This document shows positions 39,584 through 47,297 of a stretch of DNA of 62,927 bases, piece by piece. Position numbers and translations under genes: made by a program. Source of the DNA: a virus (taxonomy: Duplodnaviria > Caudoviricetes); the IMG/VR virus record IMGVR_UViG_3300035187_002838, positions 1 to 62,927 of that record, one strand, 5' to 3'. The notes beneath the pieces were generated by a model. The model worked only from the letters and a program-made list of their open reading frames with translations, was not told the DNA's origin and searched no databases. Every line of letters starts with the position of its first letter. Positions within the stretch are counted from its first letter, which is position 1.

Positions 39584-39642
39584 AACTCATTTAGAAGCCA
39601 TTAGAAATAGTGGCTTCACTAATGTGTTAATGGTAACACAGA
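39584..39642 (+). repeat. repeated long stem-loop, copy 2
   Basis: Near-identical to 39105 copy, followed by the same CTTTGAAAGGAC RBS. Confidence 0.6.
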
Positions 39643-39658
39643 CTTTGAAAGGACTGAA

Positions 39659-39934
39659 ATGTTCTTGCATGTTTTCTATAACGGTAATGTTGATGTGAAA
39701 GAATTTAGTCTTCCACATGAGGCTTGGAATGCGCTGTATAAGCGTATGGAAGAGCTGTCGACAGAAGAAGTTTATGCGAAACTTTCTAATCAACCTGCAG
39801 AGGCTAATCCTTTTTTCTGGAGAAAAATTACGAAAGATCGTACTTCGCATCTTTCTATGAATCAAAAATATTTGCGAGGAATTAAAATTCTTCAGCAAGG
39901 AATTGATTCTTGGTATAACTCGAAAGGATTTTGA
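39659..39934 (+). CDS. early hypothetical protein
   Basis: GAAAGGA RBS; 91 aa. Confidence 0.6.
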   Translation: MFLHVFYNGNVDVKEFSLPHEAWNALYKRMEELSTEEVYAKLSNQPAEANPFFWRKITKDRTSHLSMNQKYLRGIKILQQGIDSWYNSKGF

Positions 39935-39935
39935 A

Positions 39936-40151
39936 ATGGGTACTATTGACAGAGCAACTGCTGAAAAGATTCGTAGCGGGGCGCTATCCCAGGTATCGAT
40001 CCAATATATTATAGAATATAATAACATGTTTAATGGAGGTCTCGCCTATGGGTGTATCGGCTGGAGAGAAAACAAACGGAGATATCACGAATCTCCAGCC
40101 TGTATCAATCCGAGGCTTTGGTGGTCTAACCCTAAAGCTGAACCTTTTTGA
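39936..40151 (+). CDS. early hypothetical protein
   Basis: GAAAGGA RBS before ATG 39936. Confidence 0.6.
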   Translation: MGTIDRATAEKIRSGALSQVSIQYIIEYNNMFNGGLAYGCIGWRENKRRYHESPACINPRLWWSNPKAEPF

Positions 40152-40163
40152 AAGGACTTGACA

Positions 40164-40418
40164 ATGAATGCTGAAATCAAGTTGGCTGCTGAAACACTAG
40201 CCACGCATACTATTGAGTTTCATTTGGCAGCCTTTAATCTGCAAAAGGCTCGAGCCGAGCACTTCGGGATGCCTGGTGAGACTCGTTCTCCTGTGACTCG
40301 TTATCCTGCTGTGATTCGCGAGCTGGAGGATGATCGTATAGATTCCTATCATCGCATGGCTAGTGCTCAAGATGCTCTTAGTGCCATGTGCAGAGAGTAC
40401 GCCAAACTTAACTTTTGA
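40164..40418 (+). CDS. early hypothetical protein
   Basis: GAAAGGA RBS; within track ORF 40158..40418. Confidence 0.6.
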   Translation: MNAEIKLAAETLATHTIEFHLAAFNLQKARAEHFGMPGETRSPVTRYPAVIRELEDDRIDSYHRMASAQDALSAMCREYAKLNF

Positions 40419-40428
40419 AGGAGTTATC

Positions 40429-40560
40429 ATGTACCGTGTGTGGATTCCTATGATTCAAAAGTGGATCGAGAATGTGCCTGTGACAGAGGCAGTAGTATAT
40501 AAGGAAGAGGGCTACAAAGTTCTTCGTATGGATCTTCCGTACGAAACTCCTCCGCGCTAA
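40429..40560 (+). CDS. 43-aa early protein
   Basis: GAAGGAG RBS before ATG 40429. Confidence 0.55.
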   Translation: MYRVWIPMIQKWIENVPVTEAVVYKEEGYKVLRMDLPYETPPR

Positions 40561-40561
40561 G

Positions 40562-40620
40562 AACGCATTTAGAAGCCATTAGAAATAGTGGCTTCAATAA
40601 TGTGTTAATGGTTAACACAG
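40562..40620 (+). repeat. repeated long stem-loop, copy 3
   Basis: Near-identical to 39105 and 39584 copies. Confidence 0.6.
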
Positions 40621-40647
40621 AAACGCCCAAGTGGGCAAGGAGGTTCC

Positions 40648-40776
40648 GTGGAAGTAGTTGTAATCGCGGTATTCTCGTTTGGTGTCCTTAGGATTCTGAC
40701 AAAGAGTCCTAGGACTACTATCAGTGAACTCTCTGGCGAGGAGGGTTTTCTCAGCGCTCGCACACAATCTGTGTAG
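40648..40776 (+). CDS. 42-aa peptide with hydrophobic N-terminus (not in ORF track)
   Basis: AAGGAGG RBS then GTG; MEVVVIAVFSFGVLRILTK... Confidence 0.45.
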   Translation: MEVVVIAVFSFGVLRILTKSPRTTISELSGEEGFLSARTQSV

Positions 40777-40852
40777 AGCACTCTATCATACCATCCAAAA
40801 GGTGGTATGTTATGAGTGTTTTAATTCAAGGCCTACGAAGGCCGATGATAAG

Positions 40853-40880
40853 AGACCCGAGCAGGTCTTAAAAAGGCTCA
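40853..40880 (+). repeat. repeated H-type pseudoknot motif, copy 2
   Basis: AGACC-CGAGCA-GGTCT-TAAAAAG-GCTCA. Confidence 0.6.
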
Positions 40881-40897
40881 TTTATCATATAAGAAAC

Positions 40898-40930
40898 TGC
40901 GGAAAAAGCGGTATCTTATATGATAAGCAA
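40898..40930 (+). promoter_or_regulatory. putative early promoter, class A, copy 2
   Basis: TGCGGAAAAAGCGGTATCTTATATGATAAGCAA. Confidence 0.65.
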
Positions 40931-40967
40931 TAGGGCTTATCAACAACATTAACCAAAGGAGTTAAAA

Positions 40968-41312
40968 ATGTTGTTGAATCTTACACCGCATACGATTGTG
41001 GTGAGGCTCTCAGATGGCGGAGAACACGTGTTCTCTCCGTTCGGCCAAACGGCTCGTGTGCAAATGATGCATGAGCCTGTAGAGAGCAGTTTCCCCTTTC
41101 CTGTCGTCACTCGCTTTGCGAGTACGATAGTTGAGGGCCTGCAGTATGACGAGCAAGGCAGGATTCTTCCGTGTCTTGTTTCGTCCATGGTTCTGGATGC
41201 CCTTCCTAAGGGTACCCAGAACGTGTATGCCCCGGATGCGGGGCCAACGGCCATTCGGGAGAATGGTCAAATCGTCGCGGTAACGCGGCTTATTCAAAAG
41301 GAGGGGTTGTGA
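40968..41312 (+). CDS. hypothetical protein (NLTPH-motif family)
   Basis: AAGGAG RBS; MLLNLTPHTI...LVSSMV...APDAGPTAIRENGQIVAV. Confidence 0.7.
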   Translation: MLLNLTPHTIVVRLSDGGEHVFSPFGQTARVQMMHEPVESSFPFPVVTRFASTIVEGLQYDEQGRILPCLVSSMVLDALPKGTQNVYAPDAGPTAIRENGQIVAVTRLIQKEGL

Positions 41313-41461
41313 AAAAACCCGAACAGATGCAAGCCGAGCAGCTTGCCAAGAACCAAGCCACAAGGGCTTGGGCTGCTTCGAATGGGGTGGGCTCTAAGCC
41401 TGCTTCGTTCCCCGAGATTTCTCGGGCACCGGTTAAGAGCCGGAAGAACATCAAGCGTTGA
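41309..41461 (+). CDS. 50-aa basic peptide (not in ORF track)
   Basis: AAGGAGG RBS, GTGA overlap with upstream stop; MKKPEQMQAEQLAKNQ...RKNIKR. Confidence 0.5.
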   Translation: MKKPEQMQAEQLAKNQATRAWAASNGVGSKPASFPEISRAPVKSRKNIKR

Positions 41462-41466
41462 TGTTC

Positions 41467-41496
41467 AAAGACCTGAGCAGGTCTTTAAAAGGCTCA
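41467..41496 (+). repeat. repeated H-type pseudoknot motif, copy 3
   Basis: AAAGACC-TGAGCA-GGTCTTT-AAAAG-GCTCA. Confidence 0.6.
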
Positions 41497-41514
41497 AAAG
41501 TGTCCGCATAAAAA

Positions 41515-41540
41515 TGCGGAAAAAGTGGTATCTTATATGA
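41515..41540 (+). promoter_or_regulatory. putative early promoter, class A, copy 3
   Basis: TGCGGAAAAAGTGGTATCTTATATGA. Confidence 0.65.
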
Positions 41541-42070
41541 AAGGAGAAATCCCTATCAAGAGAACTGTGTGTTGAGTAGCGGAACACAGACTCTGTAAAA
41601 GTTAGCTATCGAGTAGTGACGTAATCACTCAGCCAATAAGTCAAAGCTGTCAAAGAGGACGATTCTACTCACGTTGTAAGATCGCGGGTCATGCCTATAC
41701 CCGATCGCATCAAATAGGAACCCATCTGAAATATGGTGGGACCACTTAAGCATCTTTAATCGGGTGCTTAAATGGTCTGACTGGGCTGGATAATGCCGAA
41801 TTTATCCTAGGTATAGAACACCGAACATGTACGTTGTTTCAGTCTATTGGAACAAGCCGGAGTAACGTAACCGGCAACCCTTTAGCAGCGGGGAAAAGCT
41901 AGCTATGAACAACTCAGTGTTGTTCCGTAAAGACTACGAAATGTCGAGCGACAGCTGCAACATCGCTTAATCAAGCGCAGCAACACCCAGCGAGTATGGT
42001 GTATAAAAACATCTTGTGAGAATCGAATGCCGAATCGATTCGAAATTTAAGCAGGCATCAAATTGGTCTT
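41541..42070 (+). ncRNA. candidate large structured noncoding RNA (~530 nt)
   Basis: No credible ORF; more than 10 local hairpins and several long-range complementarities; starts right after a class A motif. Confidence 0.62.
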
Positions 42071-42096
42071 CAAATCAGTTCTTGAAAGGAACTATC

Positions 42097-42549
42097 ATGC
42101 GTGCTATTCAAGTTCTCCATTTCATTGTCAATGTCATTGTGAACTTCTTTATGGGAGTTCTCATTGGGTTGGCGGCCGTCAAGGTCTTTGCCCTGACGGG
42201 CTTGGCCTTGTCTTCAGGCTTTGGCTTGATCGTCTACCTGGCGCTTGCGTTCGCTGCAATGATTGCAGCCGGTACGATCGCTCAGGTGTACGATCGCGAA
42301 ATCGCCGCTTTCAGCGTCTATATTACTGGCGCGTTGATTGCGATCGCTGGCCTTGCTAGTCTCCCCATTCTGGCGCTGATTTCAGTTGCCTCTATGGTCA
42401 TCGGCTATGCTATCATGGCTGTTGGCCTTGTGGCTGGCATCACCCTTGTAGGTTTCTACAAGGCAAAGGATGCCGTCACAAGGGTTGTCAGCAATGTCAA
42501 GGCTTTCTTTAAGAAGGCTAAGAACAAGCTGACCCCGGCCCTGGCCTAA
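42097..42549 (+). CDS. multi-pass membrane protein
   Basis: GAAAGGA RBS; about four hydrophobic helices, basic C-tail. Confidence 0.7.
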   Translation: MRAIQVLHFIVNVIVNFFMGVLIGLAAVKVFALTGLALSSGFGLIVYLALAFAAMIAAGTIAQVYDREIAAFSVYITGALIAIAGLASLPILALISVASMVIGYAIMAVGLVAGITLVGFYKAKDAVTRVVSNVKAFFKKAKNKLTPALA

Positions 42550-42557
42550 AAGAAAGA

Positions 42558-42608
42558 ATAAGGGGCACCCTAAAAAGTGCCCCTTATCTTTTTCTTTTTT
42601 TTTTTTTT
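42558..42608 (+). terminator. intrinsic terminator
   Basis: ATAAGGGGCAC/GTGCCCCTTAT stem, T5-C-T14 tail. Confidence 0.8.
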
Positions 42609-42610
42609 CA

Positions 42611-42775
42611 ATGAAAAACAGAGCTATTCTACTTTCGACATTTGTAGTAGCCTCCCTACTTTTGTCAGAAGTTTTCAAGCTGTTTGATGAAGAGTACTAT
42701 AAAGTACTCGGAGGTGTTAGTGGACTTCTGATTTGTGTCTTTGTAAACAATCATCTTCAAAGGAAATCATCATGA
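42611..42775 (+). CDS. 54-aa membrane peptide (not in ORF track)
   Basis: Two hydrophobic stretches; ATGA overlap with next gene; weak RBS. Confidence 0.4.
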   Translation: MKNRAILLSTFVVASLLLSEVFKLFDEEYYKVLGGVSGLLICVFVNNHLQRKSS

Positions 42776-42984
42776 TGAAACTTTTCTTAAATGCTGCAAA
42801 AGCTTTTGCGGTAGTTTTCTTCATTGCACTTGCATTCGCAGTGTCGGCTGCTCCTGTGTTCTTTGGAATTGTATTTCTCTCGGCGACAGCCGTGGGAGCC
42901 GCAATTGTGTACGGGCTTTTCGGGGCAGTTGCAACAGGACTTATCGGGTACTTCAAAAGTGCAAAAAGCAAGCAAGATGTCTGA
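42772..42984 (+). CDS. small membrane protein
   Basis: AAAGGA RBS; two hydrophobic helices. Confidence 0.6.
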   Translation: MMKLFLNAAKAFAVVFFIALAFAVSAAPVFFGIVFLSATAVGAAIVYGLFGAVATGLIGYFKSAKSKQDV

Positions 42985-43267
42985 TGTCCAAGTGGACATC
43001 GAAGGGCTCTTCTGCGTATCTAAACAATACCCAGAAATTAACAAGAGCATGTATCTTCCAACAGAACTTTTTAAGCCTTCAGTCAGGAGGTTTAAACTGT
43101 TCAACCTTCGTGAAACGTCTATGAAGAGGCTCGTCGGAAAGCCTCTAGCGTCTACTGAATACACCGGTATTGTAGACGTAGAAGGGTCACTTGTCCCCTT
43201 CTTTATCAAAACAGACAAAGTAGAAAAATTGAGACAGGCACAAGAGAGTATAAATAGTTTTATTTAA
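42977..43267 (+). CDS. hypothetical protein
   Basis: MSDVQVDIEG... overlapping upstream stop. Confidence 0.55.
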   Translation: MSDVQVDIEGLFCVSKQYPEINKSMYLPTELFKPSVRRFKLFNLRETSMKRLVGKPLASTEYTGIVDVEGSLVPFFIKTDKVEKLRQAQESINSFI

Positions 43268-43271
43268 AAAC

Positions 43272-43333
43272 AACCTCAGGTGCCCGCAAGGGCATCTGGG
43301 GTTATTCTTTTTTTTTTTTTTTTTTTTTTTTTT
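43272..43333 (+). terminator. intrinsic terminator with T26 tract
   Basis: AACCTCAGGTGCCC-GCAA-GGGCATCTGGGGTT then 26 T. Confidence 0.8.
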
Positions 43334-43585
43334 GTGGTAAGCAAGAAAAGGGCAATTAAAAAAAGGAGAAAATGTGTCGCCGAAATCTAATTATAAAGTT
43401 ATGCATTTTCTTTTGATTGTAATTGTCTTGTTCTTATTTTCCCGACTGTCTTTTGATGCCCTGATTTTAGGCGCCCTTGTGATTTATTTATTGCAGCGAA
43501 CAGGTAAGAAAGATGATTAAGTTTTTGATTGGACTTTATCTAATTTATCTTATCCCTAAAATAATATCTAAAATAAAGGAACTTG

Positions 43586-45838
43586 ATGAAAAAGAAAATT
43601 CTTGATTCTTTAAACTCAAGAATAACAACTGAAATATCGGGACATAACCCGCTTAAATATTTGCTTAAGATTAAAACAGAAGATTATATTGATACATTAA
43701 TATCTATTGTATATCTATACACTAGACCGAAGAAGGGTCATAATAAAAATTCTATTTATCTTACAGAAGTTATTTCAGCTATCGGACACGGTATTCGGAA
43801 TAAGTTCAAACTAAAACGTGACTCAGCATTGGCGGCTAAAACTGGCGCCTTCATGTTATATACTTTTGAACATCTCGGATATATTCAAGTTGTTCTCGGA
43901 CAAGGCTCAAAAGGGCATAACACTTATCTTGTGCAAGTGCTCAATGATGATGAAATTTGCAATTTGTGGAATTCACTAGATCCTTCTCAAATTGAAAAGT
44001 TACCTTCAGAGACTCCCTACGAACCGTGGACTTCTGCAAAGCATTCAACGGGTGTCTGGCTTGTTAAAACAGGCAATAAAACAGTCTTAGACAGTCTTAC
44101 TCCAGAAACACATCCTATTGTCTTTAATTGCGTCAACAAAGCACAACAGATGGGCTGGAAAATAAACAATTGCGTTTACGATCTTCATTTGTGGGCCTTA
44201 CGAAATAAAACAGATGCATTCTCTGAAATCTGGGAATTGTCTAATGCGGAAGCAAAGGCAACTAAACTAAGAGAAGCAAAAGCTATAGGTGACATCTCAC
44301 GAAGATTCTTAAATAAAGTTTTTTATCATCTTTATTACTATGACTTTAGAGGTCGTAAATATACCGCTACTGCATATTTGCATGAGCAAGGCTCTGACCT
44401 TGCAAGAGGTCTACTATTGAGAGCAGACTCAAAACCAATTGGAAAAGAAGGCTTCTTTTGGCTAATGGTATCAATTGCTTCAAATTGGGCGGGTGATGCT
44501 GGCAGAGAAGATGGTGCAAAGACTGACAAAATACCGCTTCAAGAACGATATCTTTGGGCTCTAGACAACGAAGAAATTCTATTGTCATATGCCGAAAACC
44601 CTAAAGTAAATCAAGGTTGGATGAAAGCTGATAATCCTTGGCAATTCATTGCAGCGTGCAACGAACTAATGCGATTTAGAATCTGGCAAATGAATGTGTA
44701 TGAAAACCACAAAGATGTTGTAGCTGAATATGACTACCCATCATCGCTTGAAGTATATATTGACGGGTCAAACAATGGTAGTCAGCATCTTGCAGCATTG
44801 ACTAAAGATGAAATAATTGCACCGCATGTAAATCTGGTGCCATTAAACTTGCCTGGAGATCTCTACAAATATGTCGGTGACCATGTCTGGAAACATCTTG
44901 AAGAAGAGCTTTCTTTAATGACAAATGAAGAAATTCAGGACTGTGAACGAGTCATTGATAATCTAATTCAGCTTAAAAAGCAAATAAATGCTGCTGAACC
45001 TAAAAGTGATTTTAGAAAACAACTCATAGAACAAATCAAAGAATTTAAGTCTGAAAATGATCAGCTTATTGGGATTGCTGCACCTGTATTTTGGTCTAGA
45101 ATTAAAGATGCAAAACACAAGAGAAAGATTGTGAAAAGAAATACGATGACTATCCCGTATGGCGGAACAGCCTATGGCTTAGGTCAGCAAATCATTGATG
45201 ATGCTAGAAAGCATAATATTGAACTTTTGCTTTATATGGAACATCGATGGGGTGCATATCTCGGAAGAGAAGTGTTTAATGACTGCAAGCGTTCTTTAGA
45301 AAAGCCTATGCAATTGCTTAAGATCTTTGAAGAGGCTGGTCGAAAAGCTGAGCAAGACGGCAAGTTTTTATCCTGGACTGTGCCTGTTACAAAGTTTCCT
45401 GTAGTACAAAACTATACAGAAGGCGTTGTTAAAAAGATTTACGTACAATATGGTCCACCTCAAGGTCTTAGAAATAGCACAGGTTATTTTGATAATACAC
45501 TGCAATTAGCAATATGCTTCATTGAGGATGTAAAACCTTCTAAAGGAAAACAGTCTCAAGGTGCAAGTCCGAATATCATTCACAGTCTTGATGCTGCGCA
45601 TCTGTCTATGATTGTAGCTTCTTCTGACTTTCCTGTAACGACTATTCACGATTCTTTCGGATGTCTTCTGGCAGATATGCCTAAGTTGTTTGCAGTAACT
45701 AGACAAACATTTGTTGAACTTTATAAACAAGATCCTTTAACATCGATTATGAAAGATATAGGAGGTAATGCAAATGAAGTAGAACTAGGAAATCTTGATT
45801 TAAACTTGGTAATTGAATCCGAATATTGTTTTTGCTAA
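43586..45838 (+). CDS. T7-type single-subunit DNA-dependent RNA polymerase (stand-alone)
   Basis: DFRGRKY; motif A IDGSNNGSQH; motif B RKIVKRNTMTIPYG; PNIIHSLDA; motif C TIHDSF. Confidence 0.93.
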   Translation: MKKKILDSLNSRITTEISGHNPLKYLLKIKTEDYIDTLISIVYLYTRPKKGHNKNSIYLTEVISAIGHGIRNKFKLKRDSALAAKTGAFMLYTFEHLGYIQVVLGQGSKGHNTYLVQVLNDDEICNLWNSLDPSQIEKLPSETPYEPWTSAKHSTGVWLVKTGNKTVLDSLTPETHPIVFNCVNKAQQMGWKINNCVYDLHLWALRNKTDAFSEIWELSNAEAKATKLREAKAIGDISRRFLNKVFYHLYYYDFRGRKYTATAYLHEQGSDLARGLLLRADSKPIGKEGFFWLMVSIASNWAGDAGREDGAKTDKIPLQERYLWALDNEEILLSYAENPKVNQGWMKADNPWQFIAACNELMRFRIWQMNVYENHKDVVAEYDYPSSLEVYIDGSNNGSQHLAALTKDEIIAPHVNLVPLNLPGDLYKYVGDHVWKHLEEELSLMTNEEIQDCERVIDNLIQLKKQINAAEPKSDFRKQLIEQIKEFKSENDQLIGIAAPVFWSRIKDAKHKRKIVKRNTMTIPYGGTAYGLGQQIIDDARKHNIELLLYMEHRWGAYLGREVFNDCKRSLEKPMQLLKIFEEAGRKAEQDGKFLSWTVPVTKFPVVQNYTEGVVKKIYVQYGPPQGLRNSTGYFDNTLQLAICFIEDVKPSKGKQSQGASPNIIHSLDAAHLSMIVASSDFPVTTIHDSFGCLLADMPKLFAVTRQTFVELYKQDPLTSIMKDIGGNANEVELGNLDLNLVIESEYCFC

Positions 45839-45841
45839 ATT

Positions 45842-46252
45842 ATGAAAACACTTGGCACAAATCTTAAGAATCTTAAAGAGTGTGGTATACCGGCACTTTA
45901 TGAGAAAATTTATAAATATTGTGAATCTTATAACAATGAAAGCTCCGATTTAGAGTTCCCTATCGGAGATAATTTTAATGTTGACCTAGGTGGTCCAATT
46001 CTTCTAGCAGAAACCGTAGAAGATTTACAAGCAATTCAAACTAATCACTATAATCACGACGCTAGTCGTTATTACAGTATTGCAGAACGTGCTTGTCAAT
46101 TTGATATTTGTGAATATTTCGATGATGAAAAGTATGTTTACGTACTGATGTGTACACACAATGGTGGCGGTACTACCTATCTGATTCTTAAAGAACTCGC
46201 AGATAAATTTGAAACAATTCGTGAAAGTATTAAGCTAACAGCCTATGATTAA
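45842..46252 (+). CDS. hypothetical protein
   Basis: 136-aa ORF in operon. Confidence 0.6.
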   Translation: MKTLGTNLKNLKECGIPALYEKIYKYCESYNNESSDLEFPIGDNFNVDLGGPILLAETVEDLQAIQTNHYNHDASRYYSIAERACQFDICEYFDDEKYVYVLMCTHNGGGTTYLILKELADKFETIRESIKLTAYD

Positions 46253-46454
46253 GATAACTAAGACATCAATTATCAGTGGTACTACTAGAACTATCGAATT
46301 ACCGATTACTCAAGATCAACTTGAGCGTTGGCAACGTGGTGAAGACTTGATTCAAAACATTATGCCAGACTTGACGCCAGAACAACGAGAGTTTGTCATG
46401 ACTGGTGTAACTTCTGAAGAGTGGGATGATACTTTTAAAGACGAGGATGTTTAA
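46245..46454 (+). CDS. hypothetical phage protein
   Basis: LIQNIMPDLTPEQREFVMTGVTSEEWD. Confidence 0.65.
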   Translation: MIKITKTSIISGTTRTIELPITQDQLERWQRGEDLIQNIMPDLTPEQREFVMTGVTSEEWDDTFKDEDV

Positions 46455-46455
46455 A

Positions 46456-46695
46456 ATGGATGTTAATAATCTTTACATTATTGCTACAATTGGCGAAAAT
46501 GATGCCAGTATTGCAATCCCACACTCTGAGGAAGCATTGGTTTTCCTATCGAAAATAAAGATTCTATATCGAACAAGTAATTGGCGTGGTATTTCAGAAT
46601 TTGAGCATACCGACAAAAAGATGTATTTGTCGCTTGTAGATTACGAGTCTATCAAGCAATTGCCTACACCTGTTCCGCCCGAAGACAAAATTTAA
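46456..46695 (+). CDS. hypothetical protein
   Basis: GAGGA RBS before MDVNNL; within track ORF 46426..46695. Confidence 0.5.
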   Translation: MDVNNLYIIATIGENDASIAIPHSEEALVFLSKIKILYRTSNWRGISEFEHTDKKMYLSLVDYESIKQLPTPVPPEDKI

Positions 46696-46716
46696 AGTGA
46701 ACATTTGTTAAGCAAT

Positions 46717-46732
46717 CCCGTTAAGTTAACCC
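46717..46732 (+). promoter_or_regulatory. putative phage RNAP promoter, class B variant CCCGTTAAGTTAACCC
   Basis: 14/16 identity with 11826; upstream of replication operon. Confidence 0.7.
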
Positions 46733-46766
46733 TCAAGTGAGGGACATGTTTTTACTAAGGAATTTT

Positions 46767-47261
46767 ATGCCGATTATTTCTAACTGCGAGTTGTGGTTTC
46801 CAAAGCTGGACCCCAAGCGTCCTAATAGCAAATTCAATAAAGAGAATCCTACGTGGGAAGTGCAAATTCGCACTACCTCGAAGGAAGTCAAAAAGAACTG
46901 GGAAGAACTTCAGCTCCCTGTAAAAGCTATTGTGCCTGATGAAGGTGCCCCGTATTACCGCGTCAATCTCAAGAAGAAAGTCTTCAAAGAAAACGGTGAA
47001 AATTCTTCTCCAGTCAAGCTTGTAAATGGTAAGCTGGAAGATATGGATCCTAATTCTGTGGGTAACGGCAGTCTTGGCAATGTTCGCATTTACCAATACG
47101 AGTATCCTAAGAAGGATGGCGGAAAAGGCTTTGCAAGCGTTTTGATGGGCGTGCAAGTTACTAAGCATGTGCTCTATACTCCCAAAGCTCGTAATGATGA
47201 GTTTGGTGAGACCGAAACGGAGATTGTAGAACCTTCTGACGACGAGACCGAAGAGTTCTAA
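46767..47261 (+). CDS. single-stranded DNA-binding protein (T7 gp2.5-like)
   Basis: VGNGSLGNV and LMGVQV OB-fold motifs; acidic tail ending DDETEEF. Confidence 0.8.
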   Translation: MPIISNCELWFPKLDPKRPNSKFNKENPTWEVQIRTTSKEVKKNWEELQLPVKAIVPDEGAPYYRVNLKKKVFKENGENSSPVKLVNGKLEDMDPNSVGNGSLGNVRIYQYEYPKKDGGKGFASVLMGVQVTKHVLYTPKARNDEFGETETEIVEPSDDETEEF

Positions 47262-47265
47262 CATT

Positions 47266-47294
47266 AAGGGGCTACCTCATGGGTAGCCCCTTTT
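47266..47294 (+). terminator. intrinsic terminator
   Basis: AAGGGGCTACC-TCATG-GGTAGCCCCTT-TT. Confidence 0.7.
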
Positions 47295-47297
47295 AAT

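Noticed and set aside
39574-39588. CGGTTAACTTAACTC as a fifth class B promoter
   Set aside because: Lacks both CCC flanks and overlaps a stop codon and stem-loop repeat; weak activity cannot be excluded
37211-41540. Early-region repeats as a CRISPR array or attC integron cassettes
   Set aside because: Spacing is irregular and gene-sized; repeats fit ribozyme, stem-loop, pseudoknot and promoter patterns; no cas or integrase gene in the window
41343-41540. Track ORFs 41343..41540 and 40724..40933 sharing RPEQV.KRL
   Set aside because: Similarity comes from reading through the pseudoknot and promoter DNA repeats; better ORFs with RBS exist in other frames
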